Positions 13,638-28,019 of a stretch of 64,000 bases of DNA are shown in pieces. The notes beneath the pieces are model-generated. The model was not told the DNA's origin and did no database searches. It worked only from the letters and a program-made list of their open reading frames with translations. Origin of the DNA: Gracilinanus agilis (lineage: Eukaryota); assembly GCF_016433145.1 (NCBI RefSeq), contig NC_058134.1, positions 283,036,533 to 283,100,532 on the forward strand, written 5' to 3'. The position numbers were made by a program, and so were the translations under genes. The stretch's first letter is position 1. Every line of letters begins with the position of its first letter.

Positions 13638-13841
13638 CAGGGGTCGGCAACCTTTTTGACCCTGAGAGCCATAAACGCCACATTTTTTAAAGTGTAATTT
13701 CGTGAGAGTCATACAGTGCTCACAGTGCGGCTCCTGTAACGGCGCCTAAAAAAATTGACTTTATGGCTTCTGCAGAAAGAGCCATATCTGGCCCTCAAAA
13801 GAGCCAGATATGGCTCCAGAGCCATACGTTGCCGACCCCTG
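13638..13841. mobile_element. Non-autonomous hAT DNA transposon (MITE), 204 bp
   Basis: Perfect 14-bp TIRs CAGGGGTCGGCAAC / GTTGCCGACCCCTG and a perfect 8-bp TSD CTTTAAAG (13630-13637 and 13842-13849). An 8-bp TSD with CAGGGG termini is diagnostic of hAT/Charlie elements. Confidence 0.92.
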
Positions 13842-14309
13842 CTTTAAAGGAAAAAAATATATCCTCAAGACCTGCTTGGCCCAAAGAGCTAAGACTTGAG
13901 CCACTGATGAGCTTTCTGGTCATATGAAGCATAAAAAAGCCAGTCACTAAGAAAACCAGGGCCCTTACCTTCTGTCTTAGAATGGATACTAAATAATGGT
14001 TCTGGGACAGAAGAGCAGCAAGAATTCAATGATTGAGGTTAAGTGACTTGCCCAGGGTCACATAACTAGGAAGTGTCTCAGGCCAGATTTGAACCCAGGA
14101 TCCCTCAGATGAATTTCATTTTGACTAGGTCTACCTGAACCAATACTCTAGCATTTTGGGGCATCCTTTCACCAGGATCAAGATCCAATGGGATTATTAG
14201 CTCAGTGCTTGCTAAAGACGGTTTCTAAAGAGCAGGGATTCTTTGCTAGAAGTTTGTGAACTTATTTTTTTAATTCAGCAATTATATTTTAATATCATTG
14301 TTTTCCTTT

Positions 14310-14865
14310 TGTTTTGAAATTTTATCACACCAATACAGTCTCCAAACTGAATGATAGGTTTATTGAGAGGTGGCCAGTCTCACAATAAAGCTGGACTCTG
14401 GTCAGGATCAAGACCAGAGAGCCTGAGCCTCGGGAGACGGCCTTTTCTTTAAACATAGAAATCTGATGACATCCTGTCATAAAAGACAGACTGAATACAG
14501 AATTTTTCATATGGACAGATCACACAAGTGCTGTATAAGCCAGAAAGTGTAAAAAATAATCACTATGGGTGCCAACTTTATCTCTATTATTACTGACCTT
14601 TCCAAAACCTTTTCAGTAAAGGGTTAGGATCTAATTTTTTTTTTCCTCTGACAACTAGGAGTCAGCAGTTAGATGGATGGCATTTATGATTGACATTTGC
14701 ACCTGAGAGCATCTCTCTACCTCCAGTCTTATGATTTTGCAACAGGGTGTGGTGGGCTTGGTTGAAATTTTTATGTTTCAGGCTTAAGGTCAGAATGCTT
14801 GTCAGCAAGATTGAAGGCTAATATTATTATAATCATAAAAGGGGTAGAGGATTTTGTACTCACAC
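14310..14865 (-). mobile_element. LTR (antisense copy), paralogue of 58975-59585
   Basis: Closely matches the reverse complement of ~58975-59585 (roughly 90% by eye, with one internal deletion). The + copy has AATAAA near 59534 and ends TTTTCACA. Confidence 0.75.
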
Positions 14866-16387
14866 TTTATAATCATATATTCTATTTTATATATTTAAAA
14901 TCATTATTCTAGTTTTAATTAATTAATTTATTTATTCGCCAATTACGTGGAGTAGCAATTTTCCACATAGGTTTTCCAAAGTTATATGATCAAAAGTTTC
15001 TCCTTCCCTCCTTTCTCGTCATACCCTGCCATCCCCCTCAGAGCTGACAAGCAAATCAATCTGGGTTATATGTCTATTATCACATAAAACATATTTCCAT
15101 ATTGTTCATTTTTTAAGAGAAATACTCATATAAAACCAGAACCCCAAAACAAAATCCCAAATAAACAATTGAAAAATCATATTAAAAACATTATTCTAAA
15201 AATAGATCCAAGGGCAGCTGGGTGGCTCAGTGGATTGAGAGTCAGACCTAGAGATGGGAGGTTCTAGTTTCAAATTTGGCCTTAGACACTTCCCAGCTGT
15301 GTGACCCTGGGCAAGTCACTTAACCCCAATCTCCTAGCCGTTATTGCTCTTCTGCCTTAGAATCAATACGCTGGAAGGTAAGGGTTTAAAAATAAAGAAA
15401 TAAAAATAAAAATAAAACAGATCCATATATTTCACCTGACTATCAAAGGTGCCCATAATACAAAACAAAGCCCTCTGACAGAGAAAATAAAGATTCTTCT
15501 GTCTTAGCCCAATTGCTGGCATATAGTAGGTGAATATTAAATGTTATTTGACTGACTAAAGAAGATTTCTTTGTTTGTTTTTGTTTTTTCATTCTGAACT
15601 TAATATCAAATAAAATGAACATTTCCAGACACCTAGTAGAATAGAAAAAGGACTCTAATTTTCTTTAGTTATCAATAATGATTTTAGAAAAGCTAGATCT
15701 TCTCACTCCTCTGGTTCTACCCTATCAGGGTAATGAGGTCTTCTGTCCTCACGTGGGCATCCCCAAGCAGGTTCCCTTGAATCTCTAGCCTAGAAGGGCG
15801 CTTCTGATCAAGGTATTATGGTCTTCTAGCACTTCTCCAAGAATCCCAATCTTTTCTGCATGTTTTTGGTCAGTTAACTGAGCCCCTGCTGGCTACCTGG
15901 TTAAAAGCCTTTTCCAGTGTCAGTGGCTTCTTTTTATGTGGTCTTGGGTCAAGGAAAGGAGTCTTCTGATGTTCCTCTTTGAATTTCTTGTCCATTTTTT
16001 GGTCTGATGCCCTTTTTTGATCTCTTCTGGAGTACATTTAGAAGAGTTGGGCCTCCTTGCTTTCACATCTCTATTTTAACCTGAGGTCTAACAGACTCCT
16101 TTATATTTCATATTGTAGTATAGAGAAGGGGTCATATAGTTTTTTCAAGCTTTGGCTGAGTTCCAAAAGCTGTTAGGAGTTTGGAATCTTGAGGAAAAGA
16201 CAGTTGATTAGGGTCTCCCATGGAGGGAGGTTGTCTGATCAGCCGAGCTGCCTCCTTACCTAGCTGTAGTATTGAAATTTAGCCTAGCTTTGATATATTT
16301 ACTTAAGAAATTATTATTTTGGATAAACCCTTTATATCTTCCTTCCCTAATATTATTTCCTACCTACCCTCCCTTACCTTATATGTC

Positions 16388-17078
16388 TGTGGAGTTAATA
16401 AGGAGAGTAATTAGAGAGGAGTTAAAATCTGTGAAGGGTTAATTGTTATTTGACAATATTAGATATAGAGAAACTAGTCAGTCATCATTTATTTGTAAGC
16501 TTGAGTTAAGGCAGGTCCTTACTCAGACTCCATCTTTGCCACCCTTCCCCCACCTGAGGTTCCTGAGAGAACTGTTAGGGCTTTCCTTTGATCCACTTTC
16601 CTGACAAATCATCCTTTAAAGATAATAAACCCTTTTGTGTTTCAACAGACCTATTAGTATAATTGTCTGTTAGTTATTAAGAGAGGGAAGAAGAGGGAAA
16701 GAACCAACATACTCTGGGCTTAAAGGGAAGCCGGGGTATATTCATCTTGGAGGAAGGTGTAACTTCAAAACAAGTCCCTTCCTGTGAAATTAACTAAGTC
16801 TGTTTGTTAATTTCAGTTTAGTCTATTTCCCTCAGCAGTGTTTGAGTCTAAGTCCCAGTCTGTAAAGCCTGCTGTTTGTCTGTTTAGTTTAATTTCTCCT
16901 CTCCCTGAAGATCTCTGTTTCCCTTCTGTGTTATACTCCTGCCTTCAGCCCTATTATATCCCGAATCTCCTTAATCCCAGCCTATCTGTAACCTAGATTA
17001 CCCACTTAGCAAGTCTCTGACAACCTCCTTTCAAATTCCCTTATCCCACACACCTTTCCTCAAATTATCCCCATAACA
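16388..17078 (+). mobile_element. ERV LTR; left boundary approximate
   Basis: Ends CCCCATAACA and shares a block with 4836-5705 in the opposite orientation. Further LTR-like sequence lies at ~17987-18530. Confidence 0.5.
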
Positions 17079-20000
17079 ATATATATCATATGTAAATATT
17101 GCATGTGAATATCCGTATATAATGCAAGGGTATCATGTGATCTCTAGCATATCAAAAAGATCAATTGTTGTTTTTGATTTGATAGACATCAATGGAACTT
17201 TTGCTTGTACAAAGTTACATAGTGTATATATGCATTGTGTATAGCTGTATATTTGTATTACAATTACTAACACATATATAGTTTAGAATTACTAACAATC
17301 TTAGGGAAAGGTAGATTTAGGGACCTTTGTAATAAAGAGTTAGATTAGGGAAAGTCACAATAGTAATAAGAATAAGTAATTATATATAGTTATATGCATA
17401 GTTATTTCTAACAAGATAACCTTAACTTAGAGTATTAATACCATTAATATAGCTTAAGTAAGATACTAACACAAAATTTAGGATTAGTGGTTTATGTGAC
17501 TGTAAGCCTAATCACAGTTTGTAGTTTCCTCTATAAGCACTTTGCTTGCAGAGCTAGACTGTTTTATTTTGCCTGCACCTTTGCAGATTTACATTTCATT
17601 GTGTTTCAAAGATATTTTATTGAATTCCTTAGATATAGTTATTGAAACCTATATTTGTAGCAAAGTTATATTTTACACAAGTTAGACAGAAAAGTTTATT
17701 GTTGCATATTTGTGTTACTTTGTTTCATGTATTGTCATGCCTGTATTATATGCAAACCCTCTTTTTCCATATGCTTACTCTCCTTTCCCTTCTTAGACAG
17801 TGATAGACTGTTAGAATAAGGCATAAGGAATAGTTTTATGTTGTTAGAGAGAGAGAGCATAGTTTTATGTTGTTAAGGATAGTGAGCATGGTTTGGATAT
17901 AGTGTAGAAGAAGGTGATGTGTGCAAAAATGCATGATGCCTGCAGAATTTCCAGTCAATTCTATGTACTAGAAAACTGGGGTTACTGTAACACCCATGTT
18001 TCTGAGAGGGGTTCAAGCTGCATCACAGAATTCCATAGTGCTCCCCAGAACTCTAAGGGTGGGGGCAGTTAAGGGCAGTTGGAGTCCTGGTGTAAAAGCC
18101 GGGTCACCACTCTTGCAAGGGTCCTGACTCTTAGCTCTTGGCTCTGGGCGCACACACACCCTGTGTAGCTTTTAGGCTGAGACATTCAGTCACTGACAGC
18201 CAGGGGCTGCCTTAACTTGATAGCTAACCACAAAGATAGACCTTCAAGCAAGATCTCAGTCTACCTTCAGTTTAGCTGTTTAGGGTTTAGAAGGAAGATT
18301 ATTTAGGGGCTTAGATAGAAGTTCAGTCATTCAATATACATTCCCCCCTCCAGTCCCCCAGGGGAATGAGCTGCTAGCCTGCATTTAGTAGTTTCAGTTA
18401 ATTTACCTTCCTTCTTCTTTCCTCAAACTTGGTTCCCTTCTCCCTGATCCCTATAATCATTAAATTCATTTGGTTTATGAAAGATAGAGCTTGTATCCAG
18501 TTAACTTGGGGTCATACTTACAACCTTCCTTTCACCAAGCGAAGTAATACATCCAAGCTGGAGCTGGAGCTGTCTCAGTCCTAGAACCTGTGGTCTGATA
18601 TGTAAAAGGCCTTAACCTCATACACTCCTATTCTGTGGGAGTATAATTTTTATACAGAGAAAGTTATTATCACAACGGGTTTAGTCCCTCTTCATTTACC
18701 ATCTTGGCCCAGAATTTACCAAGCTTGAATAGTCTTCATAACCAGCTCTGAGAGTATTCTGTTAATTGTTTCCAACTGCTTCCAGTGTGGGGGAGGTGGA
18801 AGAGTACTCCACTTGCTCTTGTCCCTCCCATCCAGTCAAGTTTGCCTGCTTCTCCTCTGATCTGTGACTTGGTAGAAACCATTGCCATCTGACCCTAATC
18901 CTACACAACTTTGGAAGACAGATACTATTTAAAGCACTTTAAAAATCTTTCACAATGGGCATTATAGGTTATCACTAATGAGAGAATTTACCATGAGCAT
19001 TTAATTTAAAAATCTAGAAAAATAAGGAGGCAGTTAGTTGTGGAATGCCTGAAAAAAAATGATAGAAGGTCAAATCAATCATCATTCATTACACTACTTA
19101 AAAAAATATTACCTTCCTACTATGTAAAATTAATAGTGAAACCTCCTGAAAATTAAAAAAAAATCTAAATAGTAGATACAGTTTTATCTATAATTACCTG
19201 ATTGCCCTTCATTGTATAAGGAGTATGTTTCTATTTACTAGTAGTAACTTAATAATAATAGTTATAATAATAATAATAACATTTATGTAACAATCTAAGA
19301 TTTGTAAAGTGCTTTATACAAATATTTTACATGTATTTTCTATCTGGTCATCATAACAACATCAGACTTTGGGAGGTAAGAATTATTATTATCCCCACTT
19401 TACTTATGAAAAAACTGAGATTGAGAGAATGTAAACATCTTACCCAGGCATATAGCTAGTTACTTTATGAGACAGAGACTGAATTCAGGTCTTGTTAACT
19501 GGAAGCTAGAAATCTATTTACTGTGCCCTAGCTGACATTGAAAAAGAAATTTAAAAAAGAAAAAGAAGGAAGGAAAGGAGGGAGGGAGGAAGGGAGAGAG
19601 AGAGAGAAAAAGAGAGAGAGTGTGTGTGTCAAGATCTATTTATCATCTCTGATAATCTGATAAGGACAGTTTAGTTGATAAGGAAATAATAGGACAGGAA
19701 GATCTTTTAACTAATGCTTCCAGCTCTGTCTCCAGGAGCATGGAGTTTATTATATATATTTCAAGAATCATTTCACACAAAAGAACGCCCCCAAAAAGCT
19801 TTGCAGATGCGCAGAAGTTACAAATTATGTCATATCAAAACACAAAAAGTCTCATTGACTTCAGAAGAGACCAAGGCCAAGGCTGATTTTTGACTGGGTT
19901 CTTATCAGAAAGCCAAGTTGGGGAGTATTTTTCTCAGGGTTGAATTGCTAAGGTTTTGGCCCTGTAGCTGCATTCCTGGCCAATGGGGAACAGTATTAAC

Positions 20001-20153
20001 CCTTTAAATTCAGGTTTGCTAGGAACTGAAAGCTTTTCAGTAAGGCCACAATACTTTTCAACAAGAATTCACAAGGATCACAAAAGGGGTCAAGAGAGGA
20101 GTCTTAGATTTTTATCTATTCTCTTATTGGTAGAGAGAGATAGAGATAGAGAT

Positions 20154-20208
<55 letters not shown>

Positions 20209-21004
20209 NNNNNNNNNNNNNNNNNNNNNNNNNNNNNNNNNNNNNNNNNNNNNNNNNNNNNNNNNNNNNNNNNNNNNNNNNNNNNNNNNNNNNNNNNNNN
20301 NNNNNNNNNNNNNNNNNNNNNNNNNNNNNNNNNNNNNNNNNNNNNNNNNNNNNNNNNNNNNNNNNNNNNNNNNNNNNNNNNNNNNNNNNNNNNNNNNNNN
20401 NNNNNNNNNNNNNNNNNNNNNNNNNNNNNNNNNNNNNNNNNNNNNNNNNNNNNNNNNNNNNNNNNNNNNNNNNNNNNNNNNNNNNNNNNNNNNNNNNNNN
20501 NNNNNNNNNNNNNNNNNNNNNNNNNNNNNNNNNNNNNNNNNNNNNNNNNNNNNNNNNNNNNNNNNNNNNNNNNNNNNNNNNNNNNNNNNNNNNNNNNNNN
20601 NNNNNNNNNNNNNNNNNNNNNNNNNNNNNNNNNNNNNNNNNNNNNNNNNNNNNNNNNNNNNNNNNNNNNNNNNNNNNNNNNNNNNNNNNNNNNNNNNNNN
20701 NNNNNNNNNNNNNNNNNNNNNNNNNNNNNNNNNNNNNNNNNNNNNNNNNNNNNNNNNNNNNNNNNNNNNNNNNNNNNNNNNNNNNNNNNNNNNNNNNNNN
20801 NNNNNNNNNNNNNNNNNNNNNNNNNNNNNNNNNNNNNNNNNNNNNNNNNNNNNNNNNNNNNNNNNNNNNNNNNNNNNNNNNNNNNNNNNNNNNNNNNNNN
20901 NNNNNNNNNNNNNNNNNNNNNNNNNNNNNNNNNNNNNNNNNNNNNNNNNNNNNNNNNNNNNNNNNNNNNNNNNNNNNNNNNNNNNNNNNNNNNNNNNNNN
21001 NNNN
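20209..21004. other. Assembly gap (796 N)
   Basis: N run flanked by a (GA)n microsatellite on the left and a truncated SINE on the right. Confidence 1.
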
Positions 21005-21936
21005 CTGTCTTAGAAGTGATACTAAGTGTAGGATCTAAGACAGAAGATCAGGAAGGGCTCAGGCAATGGGGGTTAAGTGACTTGCCCAGGGACACACAGC
21101 TGGGAAGTGTCTGAGGCCAGATTTGAATCTAAGCCTTCCTATCTCCCGGTCTGGCTCTTTATCCACTGAGCCATCTAGCTGCCCTCCTCCAGTGATATAA
21201 ATTTTTTTTTTTTACTTTCAGATTCTGGGAATGGATGGCCTTCCACCGACTGTATTCTACATGTTCCTTTCCAGGGCCTTGGATTGCAAGACATTGGGAA
21301 TATAATTGGGATCTTTTTTCTCCTTTTGGGCTGAGATCTGTTCTCCTGAAATGCAAACCCAGAGAGGAGATTGAGAAGCCAAGGGGGTGACTTGCGCCCA
21401 TCTCCAACACCTCTAAGTTACTAGGAGCCAGAAGTCTTGCTCCTAATAAAAGTGTATTGCACTTAATAAAAAGGTTCATTGAATTGGACTGAATTGAATC
21501 CCCTAAAATCAGCCTTAGGAAAGGGGTAGGGATGACTAGGGAGTGTCCCCTTCTCAGTTCTTCCCTAGAGACTATACTTCGAATTCATCCAGGAGAGTTT
21601 GGGGCAGGGAGTGCAAAAGAGAGAAGGGGTACAATTTGTGGAGGAAAAAGCAGTGATTTCTATTTAAAAAAATGAAAACTGAAGCCAGTGGTAAGGGGAT
21701 GGGGCTAGGTGATGGTAGTGAAGGGGGAGAACGAGGCTGCTTTCCATTGGCTGAAGGAAAGAGGATAAATTAGTGTCAGAGGAGATGTATAGCTCAGACT
21801 TGGCTACCTCTCTCCCTCTGAACTTCTTGGCTTCCAATTGTACCAGTCCCCTGGTCTCTAGTCCATCTAGACCTAAGAGAAGATACTTCAGTCTAAAGAG
21901 CAGAGATTAGTAGAGACTCTAAACCACGAAGGCAGA

Positions 21937-24394
21937 ATGGCAATCTGGGAGGTAAAATGTGTGTGTCTGTATGTGTTGGGGGGCTGGGGATGAGAGAGAG
22001 GGACAGGATTGCCAACCTTTTCCCAAGGATTCTATTCTTCTCAAAAAGCTACAGTTCTTAAGGGGACTTAGTAAACTTGTTTTTTTAATATTTATAATAT
22101 TTTATTATTATTATTATTTATAATTTATTTATTTGTTTATTTATCTAAATTATTTATAATTATTATACATTTATTATATATAAAATTAATTTATAATTAA
22201 TATAATAATTTTGGTAAATATATTTTAATATAATAGATTTCCTTTGTAGTTCCATATATTTTGTTTTATATATTTAAAAACATTCTGGGTAAGGGTCCTT
22301 AGAGTTCACTAGACTGCCAAACAAAAATGGTTAAGAAATCCAAAATCTCTGGTTGTCTCCATTTCTGAGTTTGGGTCCGGCAGGTTGGTATTACTTCTCT
22401 GATCATAAGCACCAGCTGTATACTGAGCCTACAACCATCTCTTTTCCCAGGACCTGAGAAGCTGGCAGTTTTGGAAGGCAGTGTTGGCTGAGGGCCTGGG
22501 GACCCTGATCTTTGTAGGGGTGGTGCTTGGGGCCTCTTGCCCTAGCAGGGGCTCTGTCCCAGGAACGACCCCAAATCCTCTACAGCCAGCCCTCGCAGGA
22601 GGGTTGGCTGTAGTGGCCCTGGTGCAGGTTTTGGGGGAGATCAGTGGAGCCCAAACCAATCCAGCTCTGACCCTGGCACTGGTTTGTGCCCGCCGGCTTG
22701 ATCTGCTCCGGGGAGCTGCCTTCATCCTGGCACAAAGCACAGGTGCCATTCTGGCCTCTTCCATTTTTTACCTGGTACTGCCCCAGACTACAGTAGTTCA
22801 GCTTGTAACCAGGGTAAGTAGCCGCCTCTTCTCTCCCCTATTCCCCATCGGTGAGTGACAAGAAGGGTGGAAGGGATGGGCAGGACCTGAGTGACCTGGA
22901 AGGGAAAGGAAAGAGAGAAAGAAAGAACAAGTGTTGTTAAACAGCATGTTAATGTGTAACAAGATATTTATCTAAATAAATGGTCTCTGGAATCAGCATC
23001 TGCCCAGGGCTCTGGAGCCCCAAATCTGGAAGATAATTCTCCATCTCCTCCTTCAGCTAGGCAGTGGAGGTCATGCAGGCCAAGCCCTGGCTATGGAACT
23101 CTTCTGCACCTTCCAGCTGATTCTCACAGTATTTGCTGTTACTGAGCGGGGGCAACAGGCCGCTGGGCTGGGCAGCCTGGCTGTGGGCTTTTCGGTGACT
23201 GCTGGGTCTTTGGCTGCGGTAAGGGAGCCCCACTTCCTACTCCCTCTTTCCAGGACTCCATAGTTTTTACCAGGTGAAAACAATCAAAATGCAAATAGCA
23301 TGCAAATCCAGGCAGCAGTTTCAAAAGCCCACCTGGGTGAGCTTTCTAGGCTGCAGCTCTGATGTCATTTTTTGAAATCTAATTTTTATTGATCTCTTTG
23401 GCCCTCATTTTCCAGGGTGCCCAGGAAGCCTTCCCTTGTAACAGACTTCAAAGGAAAGGGAAGGAGGCCATTCAGTGACCCAGTCTGCCAGTGGGCAGGA
23501 TACCTAGAGGACAGAGCCCGCTTTTCCTTCCTCCCTAAGGCCAAGCCTTTTGAACAGGAGAACATAACATACCGTTAGGGGGAATGGTTTCAGAGTTCTG
23601 GGCCAACCCCTAGGACAAATCTGCCCTTTCTGTGGGGGGGTCAGAAGGGTCCCTCCAGACTTCCTGTCACGATGAGAGGGCCTTTGGTTTGGGGACAGAG
23701 ACTGATATCTTCCTGCCTTTTGTTTAGGGGACTTTCTCTGGAGGCAGTCTGAATCCTGCCAGGTCCCTGGGCCCTTCGGTGGTGACTGGGATCTGGGACC
23801 ACCACTGGGTGAGAAGCCCTAACAGGGTGGGTGCTTGAGGCTGAGGGTGGCTTCCTGTGCCCTGGAGAGGTCCCAAGGAATCGTGCAGCATTCACAGTCA
23901 CTTGGGCTCATATAGGCTCACAGGCTCATAGACTTAGAGCTGGAAGGGAGCTCTGTCCTTCAGTCCTGTGCAACGCTCTCTGAACCCTTTTAGGGTTTTC
24001 CGTGTAAAGATACTGGTTTGGGAGGCAGCTAGGCCTAGAGACAATTGGTTCTGGGTTCAAATGTGACCTCAGACACTTCCTAGCTGTGTGACCCTGGACA
24101 AGTCACTTTAGCCAAAGAAGAAAGTCTAGGTTTCTAGCTAGTGCGGGTTGGGGGTGCAGAGAGGGCCCACATTCCCCCTGACATCTGGCCTTTCCCCTGC
24201 AGGTGTACTGGATGGGCCCCACCGTGGGAGCTGTCCTTGGAGGCCTCTCCTTTGAGTTCTTCCTCTCCTCAGGGGCTTCTCCGAGAAAGCTTGTGGTGTG
24301 TGGGCCACGAGGGGGTGTGGGAATAGTGGAGGCTGCCCATGGGTCTCAGTCCTCCGTGTCCAGCAGGACGCCCCAAGGCCCGCTCCAAGCCTGA
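21937..24394 (+). CDS. AQP14: Aquaporin-14-like water/solute channel, 5 coding exons, 270 aa, intact
   Basis: Exons 21937-21951 (MAIWE), 22451-22813 ([21 protein letters not shown]...[13 protein letters not shown]...LVTR), 23057-23218 ([28 protein letters not shown]...[13 protein letters not shown]), 23728-23808 ([27 protein letters not shown]) and 24203-24394 ([14 protein letters not shown]...PLQA*). All introns are GT-AG and phase 0, with no stops or frameshifts. It has two NPA motifs and its last three introns sit at the same positions as in MIP. The AQP14 name rests on its position immediately upstream of AQP0 and on recalled Aqp14 signatures (GAQxNPA, a MAxxExxRSxQFW N-terminus, a KLVxC...IVE tail). 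Confidence 0.88.
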
Positions 24395-25013
24395 GTGAGG
24401 CTCCATCTGTGTCTCCTGTGCAGAGCACGGCCTCTGTCTAAGCGACTTCTAGATCCTCCCCAGCCGTGCCTCAGTTTCCCCTGTCTTCCATCCAGTGCTA
24501 TTGAAGGGTTGACTAAGGCAGTGATTTTAGGCCCAATAACAACATCTCACTCTGGTGCCCCCAGGAAGGCCCTTGCCCGGCTCTTACACTATCCCCCACA
24601 GGGCGCCCCAGGGTTCAAGAGGCCAGGCTGGGACTTGGAATGGAGGGGGCAGAGGGACACCAGGGCTCAGAGAAAGCCCCGACGCAGCAAAATCATTCTG
24701 TCCCAGGCCTGCAGGGCTCACGGCTGCCAGCCTGGGCCAGCCAATAGCAACGGCTCTCCTAATCCTCTCGGATGGGGCAGCGGTCTCCCTAGCCCACCCT
24801 CCCGCGATCCCCCAATTCCCGAGGTGCCTGGAGCCCCCAGGGGCACTCCCTGAGCCGGAACTTCATACCCCAAGTGACCAGCCGCTGGTTCTTTGGTTTC
24901 TGACCCGTTCAGGGCCTCAAATCAAGACGCTCTTCCCCCCTCCCCCCCCCCACTTCCCAGAATGCCCCCAAACCCCAGCCTTTCCCTGCTGGCTGTCTAT
25001 TTCTCAGGCAGGA

Positions 25014-27773
<2,760 letters not shown>

Positions 27774-27987
27774 GGGCCCCAGTAGGCTGGAGGTGGACAA
27801 AGGCGATTTGGTTTGGGTGGCAGGGGGCTGGCCAGTCCCCAGGGGAGTGGGGGGCATGTACCTCTTTATTTTTTTATTTATTTGTGGGGGCAAGGTGTTT
27901 GCTTTTTTGCTGTGTGAGATCTGGTTAGTGCAGACACCCCCCCACCCCCACCATGCCACGGTTACTTGCTTGTGCATATGTATGTGG

Positions 27988-28019
<32 letters not shown>

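Noticed and set aside
15660-16300. Possible degenerate coding remnant on the minus strand
   Set aside because: Reading frames are short and broken and I could not assign a motif. It is probably an old retroelement and needs a Dfam search.
19983-21038. 351-aa ORF
   Set aside because: It is open only because it runs through a (GA)n repeat and the N gap.
1-21900. SPRYD4 or GLS2 exons expected upstream of MIP by synteny
   Set aside because: No such coding sequence was recognised; they probably lie left of the window.
22080-22280. Extreme AT-rich tract in AQP14 intron 1
   Set aside because: Low-complexity expansion inside an old MITE-like repeat with no ordered structure. The AT-rich tract at 31840-32040 is similar.
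22429-23901. Minus-strand ORFs over the AQP14 exons
   Set aside because: These are antisense shadows of the + strand exons.
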